Below, piece by piece: positions 1-10,164 of a stretch of DNA of 64,000 nt. The stretch's first letter is position 1. Each line of letters starts with the position of its first letter. This stretch comes from an uncultured Solirubrobacteraceae bacterium (GTDB taxonomy: Bacteria > Actinomycetota > Thermoleophilia > Solirubrobacterales > Solirubrobacteraceae), in contig CAVSSW010000008.1 of assembly GCA_963730755.1 (NCBI GenBank), forward strand, positions 73,601 through 137,600, given 5' to 3'. A model generated the notes under the pieces. It was not told where the DNA came from. It ran no database searches and saw nothing but the letters and a program-made list of their open reading frames with translations. The position numbers were made by a program, and so were the translations under genes.

Positions 1-1
1 G

Positions 2-511
2 GCTGCTCGCGCTCGCGGAACGGGCGTCCGAGCCGGAGCCCGAGCCGGAGCTTTCAGACCCGCCTGAGCCCGACCGGGCCCCCGAACCTTCCGATCCCGA
101 ACCGCTCGACCCGGAGCCGCCCGAGCCCGACCCGCCGACCGAGCCGGTCGATTTCGTGACTTCTTCGAGCACCGGCGTGACGGGGGTGCTCGGCGTGTGC
201 GGTGCTTCGACCTTGGGGACCGTGACTTCGACCGGCGGCGTGACGGGGGTCGTGGCTGTCGCGCCTTTTTCGTTCACCGTCACTTCCGCGAGCGAGCTGC
301 CGCCGGTGGGCGAGGGGACTTCGACTTTGACGCCGGGCAGGCCCGCCACCGGCGAGGACCCTTCGATCGAGATCAGCGAGGCGTGCGCGCTGAGGGTGCG
401 CAGCGCTCCGACGGGCTCTTGTGCGAGCGTGGCCGCGAGCACCAGGACCACCGCCGTCGCCGCCGGCGAGGCCCAGACGAGGCGTCTGAAGTTGAGATGT
501 CCGATGTCCAT
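2..511 (-). CDS. Secreted or membrane-anchored Pro/Thr/Val- and Gly/Ser-rich protein, truncated at the window edge
   Basis: Manual minus-strand translation from ATG at 511: MDIGHLNFRRLVWASPAATAVVLVLAATLAQ...TTPVTPPVEVTVPKVEAP...GGSGSGGSGSSGSG. Purine-rich stretch upstream. Not in the ORF track because it runs off the window. Confidence 0.6.
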   Translation of the reverse strand, partial: MDIGHLNFRRLVWASPAATAVVLVLAATLAQEPVGALRTLSAHASLISIEGSSPVAGLPGVKVEVPSPTGGSSLAEVTVNEKGATATTPVTPPVEVTVPKVEAPHTPSTPVTPVLEEVTKSTGSVGGSGSGGSGSSGSGSEGSGARSGSGGSESSGSGSGSDARSASASS

Positions 512-673
512 CTCGATCGCTTCCCCAATGCCTTCTTCGGATCGACTTTCGACGGCCGCTCCTCAGTACCTATCGGAAAGACTAGCCATCCGAACTGAGC
601 CGATCGGGAGCGCCTGGCCCTTTCGGCGGCCCCGGACGCCCGCAGCGCTGCGCTCCGCCCACCGCGAGGGGCC

Positions 674-1447
674 TCAGGGCGGGCTCTCGGCGATCTCGGC
701 GAGCGTCCTGCCGCTGAGTACGGAGCGTGGCTCCTCGGCAACGATGTCCGACCCCGGCCGGGCGAGCTCGTCGCGGCGCTTGAGCAGCAGCCATTGAGGT
801 TTCTCGCCCGGTCGGGTGCGCTGCAGCGCGAATCCTCCCGCGAGCTTCTCGCCGTGCAGAACGAACACCGCGTGCCCGCGCGCGAGCGCCTCGGGCCATG
901 GGACGCGGCCGCCCTGCTCGTAGGTCCCCCGGTCCCAGATCGAGACACCACCGCGACCCGTCGCGCCCTCGAAGTCGTTGTGGGCGATCGAGTGGTCCTC
1001 GACCTCCACCGCGAGGCGCTTCACCGCGGGGTCGAGAGAGGGACCCTTGGGGACGGCCCACGAGCGCATCGCGCCCTGCACCTCCAGGCGCAGGTCGAAG
1101 TGATGCGTGCTCGCGAGGTGCTCCTGGACGACGAAGACGCCCGCGCTCACGCCGCGGACGGCGAACTGCTCGTGGCCCTCGGGGCGGGTCGGGGCGATCT
1201 CCACGCACTCGACCTCGGCACCACGCGGTCCCTCGGAGAGGAAGTCGAGAAACGCCTCCACATCCTGCTCCGGACCCTCCACGTGTGCGGCGAGCGTGCC
1301 GTCTTGCTCGTTGCGCACCCATCCGAGCACGGCGAGCGCCTCCGCCGTTCGCAGCGCCGCCTCGCGGAAGCCCACGCCCTGAACGCGGCCGCTCACCACG
1401 GCGCGGACGGCGCGCGTCCCCGGGGCGGGCTTCGGGCTCGCGGGCAT
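674..1447 (-). CDS. Acylphosphatase domain fused to a LigD 3'-phosphoesterase (DNA ligase D N-terminal) domain
   Basis: N-terminal VSGRVQGVGFR...GWVRN..DG...VEG (acylphosphatase); C-terminal FVVQEHLASTHHFDLRLE...SWAVPKGPSLDP..KRLAV.VEDH...IWDRGTY (LigD PE). ATG at 1447 within ORF 674..1876. Confidence 0.85.
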   Translation of the reverse strand: MPASPKPAPGTRAVRAVVSGRVQGVGFREAALRTAEALAVLGWVRNEQDGTLAAHVEGPEQDVEAFLDFLSEGPRGAEVECVEIAPTRPEGHEQFAVRGVSAGVFVVQEHLASTHHFDLRLEVQGAMRSWAVPKGPSLDPAVKRLAVEVEDHSIAHNDFEGATGRGGVSIWDRGTYEQGGRVPWPEALARGHAVFVLHGEKLAGGFALQRTRPGEKPQWLLLKRRDELARPGSDIVAEEPRSVLSGRTLAEIAESPP

Positions 1448-1499
1448 CGCGCGGGAAGATCGCACACCACCACGGCGCCGTCCACGTAGGCTGTCGAGG

Positions 1500-2720
1500 G
1501 TGAGCGCACCCGACCCCCGCGCGGCGCTGGCCCGGCTGGCCTCGATCGAGCGCGGCTCGGCGAGCGCGGGCGAGGAGCGAGCGGCGGTCGTGCTCGCCTC
1601 GATGCTGCGAGAGCACGGCCTCGAACCGGAGCTCGAGAGCGAGCGTGCGGTGGGGGGGTTCTGGCAGTCCAACGGGATCGCCGCCGCGGCCGCGGCGCTC
1701 GCGGGCTCGCTCGGGGGCAGGGGCGCGCGCGGGAGGGTGGCGAGCGTCGTCCTCGGCGCCGCGGCGGCCGGTCTGATCGCCGATGACGTGGACAGCCGCG
1801 GGCACCTGCTCAGGAGGCTGCTTCCGAAGCGCCAAACCACGAACGTGCTCGCCTGGGCGGGTGACGGGCGCGCCACCGAGACGGTGGTGATCGTCGCCCA
1901 CCACGACGCGGCTCACACGGGCCTGCTCTTTCACCCCGGCCTCGTCCCCGTGATCGCGCGGCGCTTTCCCGCCTGGTACGACAAGCAGCACACCTCGGTG
2001 CAGACGGGCCGGCTGCTCGTCACCGGTCCGCTGCTCGTCGCGCTCGGGGCGTTGCTCGGCGCGCGCCCGTTGCGCAGGCTCGGTGTCTTCTGGAGCGCGG
2101 TCACAGCCGGGCTGCTCGGGGACGTCGCGCGATCGCGGGTGGTCTGCGGGGCGAACGACAACCTCAGCTCGGTCGCGGTGCTGCTCGACATGGCGCGCAG
2201 GCTCTCGAACAGGCCCGTCTCGGGCCTGCGCGTGCTCCTGCTCTCCACGGGCAGCGAGGAGTCCTTCATGGAGGGGATGCGCGGGTTCGTGCGCCGACAC
2301 GCCGGCGAGCTCGACCCGGCGAGCACGCGCGTGATCGCGCTCGAGTGCGTGGGCTCGCCGCACCTGATGCTGATGGAGGGAGAGGGGATGCTGCTGATGC
2401 ACGATCACGACGAGAGCCTGCGAACGGAGATCCAGGCCGCCGCGGACCGCGCTGAGGTGGGCCTGTGGCGAGGCCTGCGTCTCGGCGCGGGTGCGACCGA
2501 CGCCCTCCCGGCGTTGCACGCGGGCTACCGAACCGCGTGCATCGCGGCCTGCACCGATCTGAAGACGCCCGCGAACTACCACTGGCCGAGCGACGTGCCC
2601 GAGAACCTGGACTGGAACACGATCGACGCCGCCGGGGATGTGCTCGAGAGCCTGATCCGCGGCCTCGCCGAGGAGTCCGCGCCGCTGGGCGCCACACCGG
2701 CCCGCGAGCAGGGACGCTGA
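1500..2720 (+). CDS. Membrane-associated M28-family metallopeptidase
   Basis: AHHD, GANDNLSSVA, GSEE and YHWPSD zinc-ligand motifs plus hydrophobic segments. Confidence 0.8.
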   Translation: MSAPDPRAALARLASIERGSASAGEERAAVVLASMLREHGLEPELESERAVGGFWQSNGIAAAAAALAGSLGGRGARGRVASVVLGAAAAGLIADDVDSRGHLLRRLLPKRQTTNVLAWAGDGRATETVVIVAHHDAAHTGLLFHPGLVPVIARRFPAWYDKQHTSVQTGRLLVTGPLLVALGALLGARPLRRLGVFWSAVTAGLLGDVARSRVVCGANDNLSSVAVLLDMARRLSNRPVSGLRVLLLSTGSEESFMEGMRGFVRRHAGELDPASTRVIALECVGSPHLMLMEGEGMLLMHDHDESLRTEIQAAADRAEVGLWRGLRLGAGATDALPALHAGYRTACIAACTDLKTPANYHWPSDVPENLDWNTIDAAGDVLESLIRGLAEESAPLGATPAREQGR

Positions 2721-3944
2721 TCAGCGCGGGGGCTCGGCGAGGAACCGAGAGCGGCAGCCCTCGGAGCAGAAGTGGTGGGTGCGCCGGTCGCGGGTCGCGC
2801 TGAGCGCCTTCTCGCGGTCGACCGTCATGCCGCACACGGGGTCCGTCGCCCCGCGCGAGCGCGTGAGCGCGAACAGCGCGAGGAAGACGAGCAGCCCGAG
2901 CAGGTTGAGCACGAGCTTGTAGTCGACCTCCACGCTCGCGAAGACTTCGCCGCGGGTCGGTCGCGGGCCCGCTCGGAATCAGCCCGAAGACGCCGAAGAT
3001 GCCGTCGACGGCGAGCGCTGCGAGCACCATCGTCACGAACATCAGGGCGAGGATCCTCGCGGCGTAGAGCGTGCCGTAGTACTTGCGGTAGATCACCGCG
3101 ATCGGCAGCACGATCAGATCGGCGAAGAGGAACGCGAGCACGCCGGCGAAGGAGATGCCGCCCGACCAGAGCACCGCGGCGAGCGGCACGTTGCCGACCG
3201 AGCAGACGAAGCTCAGCACCGCGATCAGCGGACCGACGAGCACGTTCTCCACGGCGCTGAGCGCGCCGCCGGTGTGGGTCAGGAAGAGATCGCCCAAGAA
3301 GTTGTTGCCGAGCTGCGCGACGAACCCGGCGAGCAGGAAGCCAGATCGCGATCTCCCGGTAGAGCATCTGCCAGTCGCCGCGGAAGTTGTGCGCGACATC
3401 CGACCATGCCGAGAGCGAGAGCAGTCGCTCGGCGCAGGGCCATCGGCTCGCCCGCTGCGTGGTGCGCATGGCCGCGTGTCGGCGCGCTCGGCGTTCGCCC
3501 GGGCTGCTGCTTCGAGCGAGCGCGAGACGAACGGCGCGCAGCAACAGCGTCATCAGCGCGATCATCACGAGCGCCGCCGACGAACTCGGCGAGCGTGAAC
3601 TGCCAGCCGATCAGCACCCAGAGCACGAACCCGAGCTCCCAGACGAGGTTCGTCGAGGCGAACTGGAAGGCGAGGCTCGTGGCCGCGGAGGCGCCCTTCT
3701 GGAAGAGGCTCTTCGCGATCGCGACCGCGGCGTAGCAGCACGAGCTCGACGCGGCTCCCAGCGCCGTCGCGAGCCCCACCGCGCGCGGGCCCGAGCCCGA
3801 GAGCGAGCGCTCGATCCGCTCGCGCGGCACCCACGCCTGAACGATCCCCGAGACGGCGAAGCCGAACACGAGCGCCCACCAGACCTCCCATGCCATCAGC
3901 AGCGAGTCGCGCAGACCGTGCCAGAGGAAATCGATCGCGCCCAC
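2721..3944 (-). CDS. DUF318/ArsP-like metal permease with C-terminal YHS/TRASH domain (frameshifted in this sequence)
   Basis: Fragments in three frames: GAASSSCCYAA...FQFASTNLVWELG; SFVCSVGNVPLAAVLW...FADL; DPVCGMTVD...HFCSEGC. GTG start at 3944. Confidence 0.8.
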
Positions 3945-3953
3945 CCGAGGAGT

Positions 3954-3969
3954 ATACCCCGGGGGGTAT
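3954..3969. promoter_or_regulatory. CsoR operator ATACCCC-GG-GGGGTAT
   Basis: Inverted repeat with C/G tracts, typical of CsoR sites, in the short gap between the divergent permease and csoR. Confidence 0.8.
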
Positions 3970-3985
3970 CTGCTAGATTGCGTCC

Positions 3986-4285
3986 ATGAGCGGCGTGGAG
4001 ACGGCTCCGGTGCGTGGTTACACCGCGAGCAAGGCACAGCTTCAGCGGCGGCTTCGACGGGTCGAGGGGCAGGTCCGCGGCGTCGAGAGGATGGTCGAGG
4101 AGGACCGCTACTGCGTCGACGTGCTCACGCAGATCGCCGCCGTGCAGGCGGCGCTCGACAAGGTCGCGCTCGGATTGCTCGACGGGCACGCGCGCACCTG
4201 CGTCCTCGACGCGCCCGAGGCGCTGCGCGACGAGCGCACCGCCGAGCTGATGGCGGCCGTCGGGCGTCTCACGCGACGCGGCTGA
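3986..4285 (+). CDS. csoR: CsoR-family metal-sensing repressor
   Basis: [28 protein letters not shown]...HARTCV, Cys-His-Cys fingerprint. Confidence 0.9.
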   Translation: MSGVETAPVRGYTASKAQLQRRLRRVEGQVRGVERMVEEDRYCVDVLTQIAAVQAALDKVALGLLDGHARTCVLDAPEALRDERTAELMAAVGRLTRRG

Positions 4286-4373
4286 TCGGCCGCCAGCCCT
4301 CGCGCTGGCGGCGCCCCGTCCGGTCCTGTGGACAGGTTGTAAAGCACTCCACCCGCTGTGCCGATGGGGAGGG

Positions 4374-4921
4374 ATGAGCGCCTTTGCTCTGAGGTTGGTC
4401 ACCGGTCTGACTGGATCGGGGAGCGGTTCGGCGCCCTCGGCGCGCGAGCAGTACTCGCGCCGCGAGATCGTGCTCAGGCTGACCGCCGGGCTGGCCCTGA
4501 TCTGCGGCCTGATCCACATCGGCGCGGGCGTCGATCACTACCGGGAGTTCGCCCTCTACACGCTCGTCTTCTCAGCGCTGGCGTCGCGCAGATCACCTGG
4601 GCGGCGCTGCTCGTGTGGCGCCCACAGCCGCGGTGGATCCTGCTCGGCTGTGCGCTGCAGCTCGGGATCGTCGCGCTGTGGATCCTCTCGCGCACCTCGG
4701 GCGTTCCGATCGCGCCGAAGGCGTGGGTGCCCGAGGAGATCGGCGTGGCCGATCTCACCGAGACGGTCTGCGAGCTCGTGACCGTATTCGCGGGCTTCGC
4801 CCTGCTGCTCTCGCCACGCTCGCCACGCGCCGAGCGCGTCGTGGCGGCGCTGCTGCCGCCGTTCCTGCTCGCGGCGGTCCTCGCCGGGGCGCTGTTCGGA
4901 ACGGGTGCCCATGCGGGCTGA
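4374..4921 (+). CDS. Hypothetical multi-TM membrane protein (frameshift near 4580)
   Basis: Hydrophobic N-part (GLIHIGAGVDHY) continues in another frame (LWILSRTSGVP...EEIGVADL..TVCE). Confidence 0.55.
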
Positions 4922-4975
4922 GCGCGACGCTTCGCGGCGCCATCGGCCGAGCGCTGGTTCGCGCGGATCCGCGCG

Positions 4976-6622
4976 ATGCTGCCCCGCGGTGGCGGCCTCC
5001 CGCTCGAGGAGTGGCGCCGCCGCCACGCCGGGATCATGGTGCTGCTGTGGATCAACGTGCTCGCGGTTCCGATCGTGAGCCTTGCGGGCGGCCGCTTCAC
5101 CGTGGTGCACGCGATCGAGAGCGGCCTCGGCGTGGGCGTGCTCGCGACGTTCGCGGCGCTGCCGCGGATGCCGCGTCAGCTGCGCATGGCCTCCGCCTCG
5201 CTCGGTCTGCTCAGCGCCGCGGCGATGCTGATCCACGCGCTCGGCGGGCTGCTCGAGATGCACTTCTACTTCTTCGTGCTGATCATCGTCCTCACGCTGT
5301 ACGAGGACTGGATGCCGTTCCTGCTCGCGCTCGTGTTCGTGCTGATCCACCACGGCGTCTACGGCACGATCGATCCGAAGGCGGTGTTCGACCGCCGCAC
5401 GGAATGGGAAGACCCCTGGCTGTGGGCCGGCATCCATGCGCTGGCTTCATCGCTGCGGCGGGAGGCGCGGCGGTCGTCACCTGGCGGCTCAACGAGGACG
5501 TACGCGCGCGGATGCGCAAGGCGCACGCGCTGCTCGAGCTCGCGTCGGAGACGGACAGCCTGACCGGTCTTGCGAACCGGCGGCGGCTGATGGCGGATCT
5601 CGACACGCTCGTCGCCTCGGGGAGACCGGGGCTGCTCGTGATCCTCGACCTCGACGGCTTCAAGGCCTACAACGACACCTTCGGGCACCCCGCGGGTGAC
5701 GCGCTGCTCGCACGGCTCGGCGCGCGGCTGGACGCGGCGCTGGCGGGCAACGGCCGCGCCTATCGCCTCGGCGGCGATGAGTTCTGCGCGATCTGGACCG
5801 CCGAGGAGGCGACCCGCGAGACGGCCGAAGCACACTGCGCCGCGGCGCTGACCGACAGCGGCGAGGGGTTCAGGATCAGCGCAGCGCACGGCGGGGTCGC
5901 GATCCCCGCCGAGGCGGCGAGCGGGGAGGCCGCGCTGCACGCGGCGGACGTCCGCATGTACAGCCGCAAGCACGGCTCGCGCGCCTCGACCGGAAGGCAG
6001 AGCCGTGACGTGCTCCTGCAGGCGCTGATCGAGCTGCACCCCAGACCTCGGCGAGCACGTGGACGCGGTGACGGTGCTCGCGGAGGAGGTCGCGGAGAGG
6101 CTCGGCCTCCCCTCGCACCTCGTGGAGCAGGTCGGCCACGCCGCACAGCTGCACGACATCGGCAAGATCGCGGTCCCCGCCGCGATCCTCGAGAAGCCCG
6201 GTCCGCTCGACGCGGAGGAGTGGGAGTTCATGCGCACCCACACCATGATCGGCGAGCGCATCGTCGGCGCCGCGCCCGCGCTCGCCGAAGTGGCGCGGCT
6301 GATCCGTGCGAGCCACGAGCGGCTCGACGGTGGGGGCTACCCCGACGGCCTGAGCGGTGAGGAGATCCCGATCGGCGCGCGGATCATCTCGGTCTGCGAC
6401 GCCTTCGACGCGATGACCTCCGATCGCAGCTACCGCTCGGCGATGACGCCGAGCGCGGCGCTCGCCGAGCTCCGCGCCTGCGCGGGCACGCACTTCGATC
6501 CGGACGTGGTGGAGGCCTTCGCGGCGACGCTGCATGCGCCCGCGCCGCAGAGCAGGCCGGCGTCTCGGCGTCTCACCGGCGGCGCGGAAACGTCGGGCCG
6601 GACGCGCACGCAGGTGGGTTAG
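4976..6622 (+). CDS. Membrane GGDEF + HD-GYP c-di-GMP enzyme (frameshifted)
   Basis: TM region (EMHFYFFV), TDSLTGLANRR...DLDGFKAYND.FGH.AGD...RLGGDEF, then HDIGK...HERLDGGGYPDG, spread over three frames. Confidence 0.85.
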
Positions 6623-6662
6623 CTCGCGCCGTTCGATGTGCGCCGCGCGCTAGGGTCCCGCG

Positions 6663-6720
6663 AAGCGGAGGGAGCCTCCGCAACGGAGGCCGCACACGCA
6701 CTAGCGAAGTGCCTCCGCTT
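6663..6720. promoter_or_regulatory. Probable TetR operator
   Basis: Palindrome GCGGAGG-gag-CCTCCGC (6665-6681) plus half-site CCTCCGCTT (6712-6720) directly upstream of the TetR gene. Confidence 0.55.
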
Positions 6721-6723
6721 CCC

Positions 6724-7359
6724 ATGAGCGCCGCGAGGACAGCAACAGCAGAACCGCTCGAGGATCAGCGAGCGTCAGGCGATCATGCCTGCGGCTCGAT
6801 GCGGGCGGATGCTCGCCGCAACCGCGAGAAGCTGCTCGCCGCGGCGGTGGAGCTGTTCGGCGATCCGGGGCCCGATGTGGCGCTGGAGACGATCGCCGAG
6901 CGTGCGGGCGTGGGCATCGGCACGCTCTACCGTCACTTCCCCACGCGCGAGGCGCTCGCCGAGGCGGCCTACCGCAACGAGGTCCGCCGCCTCTGCGACT
7001 CGGCCGCGGAGCTGCTCGCCGAACGGACCGCGCAGGAGGCGCTCGGCGAGTGGATGGGGCTGTTCGTCACCTACGTCGCGGCGAAGCGTTCGATGGCGGG
7101 GGTGCTGCAATCGGTGATCGCCTCGACCGACGGCGCGCTCTACACCGACGCGCGGGCGCAGATGTCGGGCGCGATGGCGCTGCTGCTCGGGGCCGCGGAA
7201 CGAGAGGGGACGATCCGTCCGGGGGTCGAGCCCGAGGACGTGCTGCGGGTGATGAGCGGCATCTGGCTGGTCGCCGAGGGCCCGGAGTGGGGCGAGCGCT
7301 CGCGCCGGATGCTCTCGCTGCTGATGGACGGCATGCGCTACGGCGCGCCGGGCGCGTGA
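6724..7359 (+). CDS. TetR/AcrR-family regulator
   Basis: RADARRNREKLL...IAERAGVGIGTLYRHFPTRE HTH. Confidence 0.9.
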   Translation: MSAARTATAEPLEDQRASGDHACGSMRADARRNREKLLAAAVELFGDPGPDVALETIAERAGVGIGTLYRHFPTREALAEAAYRNEVRRLCDSAAELLAERTAQEALGEWMGLFVTYVAAKRSMAGVLQSVIASTDGALYTDARAQMSGAMALLLGAAEREGTIRPGVEPEDVLRVMSGIWLVAEGPEWGERSRRMLSLLMDGMRYGAPGA

Positions 7360-8201
7360 TGGCGGGGCCGCGCGGCGATGAGCCCACGCTCGTCGACCTG
7401 CTGCACCTCGGGCGCTCCCGGGTGATCGGCGCATGGCTGCTCGACGACGTGATCGTCGACCCCGGCCCGGCGTCCTGCCTGCCCGTGCTGCTCGACGCGC
7501 TCGCGGGTCGTGAGCCGCGCGCGCTCGCGCTGACCCACATCCACCTCGATCATGCGGGAGCCGCGGGCTCGCTCGCGGCTCGCTTCCCGGCGATGGAGGT
7601 CTGGGTGCACGAGCGCGGCGCCCGCCATCTCGCGGACCCGAGCAGACTGCTCGCGAGCGCGACGCGCCTCTACGGCAGCGAGATGGAGCGCCTGTGGGGC
7701 GAGGTGCTCCCCGTCCCAGCCGAGCGCATCCACCCACTCGCGGGCGGTGAGCGCCTCGCGGGCATGCGCGTGGCCTACACGCCGGGGCACGCCTCCCACC
7801 ACGTGAGCTACCTCCACGAGCAGACGGGCTGGGCGTTCACGGGCGACGTGGCCGGCGTGCGGATCGCGGGCGGGCCGACGATCGCGCCGACGCCGCCGCC
7901 GGACATCGACCTCGGCGCATGGCGCGAGTCGATCGCGACGATCGAGGGCTGGGCGCCGCGCGCGCTGGCGGTCACGCATTTCGGGGCGCACACCGACGTC
8001 TCCGAGCAGATCGCGGAGCTTCGCGCCTACCTCGATGAGGTCGAGGCGCTCGCCGCGGGCCTCGACGAGGAGGGCTTCGCGGCGGCGGTGCGGGCCCGTG
8101 TCGCCGAGCGTGCGAACGAGGAGATCGCGGCGACCTACGAGCAGGCGATGCCGCCCGACCAGAGCTACGCCGGCCTGCGCCGCCACCTCGATCGCGCGTA
8201 G
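7359..8201 (+). CDS. MBL-fold metallo-hydrolase
   Basis: THIHLDHAG, TPGHASHH, FTGD, THFG; TGATG overlap with tetR. Confidence 0.9.
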   Translation: MAGPRGDEPTLVDLLHLGRSRVIGAWLLDDVIVDPGPASCLPVLLDALAGREPRALALTHIHLDHAGAAGSLAARFPAMEVWVHERGARHLADPSRLLASATRLYGSEMERLWGEVLPVPAERIHPLAGGERLAGMRVAYTPGHASHHVSYLHEQTGWAFTGDVAGVRIAGGPTIAPTPPPDIDLGAWRESIATIEGWAPRALAVTHFGAHTDVSEQIAELRAYLDEVEALAAGLDEEGFAAAVRARVAERANEEIAATYEQAMPPDQSYAGLRRHLDRA

Positions 8202-8246
8202 GCCGCGCGGCCGCCGCGCCGGCTCCGACCGGGTTGGGGGCGCGGC

Positions 8247-10037
8247 TCAGGCGGCGAGCACGCCGGGCTGAGCGGCGGTCACGCGCAGGGCGAGGATCGC
8301 GATGTCGTCGCGAGCGCCCTGGCTCAGGTCGACGAGCCCGAGCAGCGCGGCGATCGTGGCCTGCGCGGTCTCGGGCGGGGTCCCCGCGAGCGCCTCGATC
8401 ATCTCGCTCGTGCTGAGCAGCCGCGCGGGGGCATGGGCCTCGGCGAGCCCGTCGGTGTAGAGCGCGAGCGTGTCGCCCGTGGCGAGCACGGTCGAGGACT
8501 CGCCGATCCGCGCGTCGGGAAAGATCCCGAGCAGCGTGCCTCCTTCGCCGAACTCCTCCGTGCGCCCGCCGGCGCGGGTGACGAGCGCGGAGGGGTGCCC
8601 GGCGGCGGCGACGGTCAGCGCGACGGCGCCCGAGGCGAACTCGAGCCGGGCGAGGATCGCGGTGGCGAAGCGGCCTTCGAAGTCCTGTTCGAGCATCGCG
8701 CGGTTGACCCGCGAGAGCACGCTCGCCGGACTCGATGAGTCGCGCGCGTAGGCGGCGGCGGTATGGCGCAGAAACGCGGTCATCACCGCGGCCTCGGCGC
8801 CCTTCCCGCAGACGTCGCCGACCACGAGCCAGCAGCCGTTGCGGTCGGGGAAGACGTCGTAGAAGTCGCCCCCCACTTCGCTCCCCGCGCCCATCGGCCG
8901 GAAGTAGCAGTCGAGCTCCAGGCCGGGGAGCTTCGGCAGCGCTGCGGGCATCAGGCTGCGCCGCAGCGTCTGCGCGACGCTCGCGCGCTCGGCGTAGAGG
9001 CGCGCGTTGTCGTAGGCGAGCGCTGCGCGGCCGGTGAGGTCCTCGAGCACCCGCAGCTGCCCCTGCTGCGGGCGCCCGGGGTGCACGAAGGACATCACCC
9101 CGAGCATGCGCCCGCGAGCGACCATCGGCACGACCGTGGCCGAGCGCGCGGAGGCGTCCTGCCCCGCGAGGATGCCCGCGGTCTGGATCGCGGCGCCGAG
9201 CGCGGGCGCATGGGTGAGGTCGTCGACGACGTTCGAGGTGCGTTCGCTCAGCGCGCGTGCGACCGGGTGTCCGGCGAGCTTCTCGGGGCGCTCCTCCGGG
9301 CGGGTCGCTTCGACATGCTCGGCGACGCGCGGATCGATCGCGGCGGCGACGGTGTTGGTGATCGCGCCGTCCTCGTCGACGAGGTCGATCACGCACAGCT
9401 CGGCGAGGTCGGGGAGCGCGGTGCTCGCGATCCGCCTCAGCGTCTGCTGCGGGTCGAGCGAGGTGTCGAGCTTCGCGGTCGCGGTGATCAGCAGCTCCAG
9501 GCGGCGCCGGTCGGCGCGCATCCGTTCGAGCGCGAGGTGGAGCACGACGGTGGTGAGCATCGCGAGCACCGCGCCCACGCAGGCGATCGCGGCGAAGTTC
9601 GCGTCGACGTCGGAGTAGACGAGCGGAGCGAGGAAGGCGAGCAGCCCCCCGACCGAGGTGAGCGCGAACCGGCCGCGCGGCTGGAAGGCGGCGGCATGGC
9701 CGATCGCGAAGAAGAAGAGCAGCGCGAAGGGGCTCGTGGCTCCGCCGGTCGAGGCGCAGAGGACGGTGATGATCGTGACCCCCCAGAGCTCGGCCGCCCA
9801 GGCGAGGCCGAGGCTGGCGCGCCCGCGCTGCACCGCCCAGACCAGCGCGGCGGCGGTCAGGTAGGCGTCGCCCGCGACGGCGGCTGCGCCCGCGGGCGAG
9901 CTGACTTCGGGCAGCAGGAAGGAGGTCGCGATGAGCGTGCCGCCGAGCAGGTAGAGGCCCGCGGCGCTCGCCACGGCAAGCCGTGTTTCACCCCCGCGTC
10001 TCGCGCCTCTAGCGGTGCCTCTTTCGCTGCCTGCCAT
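8247..10037 (-). CDS. Membrane GAF + PP2C/SpoIIE phosphatase (RsbU-like)
   Basis: VGGDFYDV, VGDVCGKG, LYTDGLAE, DDIA; N-terminal TMs and GAF domain. Confidence 0.9.
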   Translation of the reverse strand: MAGSERGTARGARRGGETRLAVASAAGLYLLGGTLIATSFLLPEVSSPAGAAAVAGDAYLTAAALVWAVQRGRASLGLAWAAELWGVTIITVLCASTGGATSPFALLFFFAIGHAAAFQPRGRFALTSVGGLLAFLAPLVYSDVDANFAAIACVGAVLAMLTTVVLHLALERMRADRRRLELLITATAKLDTSLDPQQTLRRIASTALPDLAELCVIDLVDEDGAITNTVAAAIDPRVAEHVEATRPEERPEKLAGHPVARALSERTSNVVDDLTHAPALGAAIQTAGILAGQDASARSATVVPMVARGRMLGVMSFVHPGRPQQGQLRVLEDLTGRAALAYDNARLYAERASVAQTLRRSLMPAALPKLPGLELDCYFRPMGAGSEVGGDFYDVFPDRNGCWLVVGDVCGKGAEAAVMTAFLRHTAAAYARDSSSPASVLSRVNRAMLEQDFEGRFATAILARLEFASGAVALTVAAAGHPSALVTRAGGRTEEFGEGGTLLGIFPDARIGESSTVLATGDTLALYTDGLAEAHAPARLLSTSEMIEALAGTPPETAQATIAALLGLVDLSQGARDDIAILALRVTAAQPGVLAA

Positions 10038-10164
10038 TGCTGAATCGCTCCCGGGGACGGCGATTCACCCCGGACCGTCGCCGGTGTGCCCTCCGCCCTC
10101 GGGGAAAGCCTAGAGCCAAGGACGCCGAGCGGCGTGGGGTTGGGCAAAACCCTGCGCCGGGCGA

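Noticed and set aside
1-150. GAGCCC/GAGCCG repeats as a CRISPR-like or non-coding array
   Set aside because: They encode the Gly/Ser linker of the minus-strand gene and have no repeat-spacer structure.
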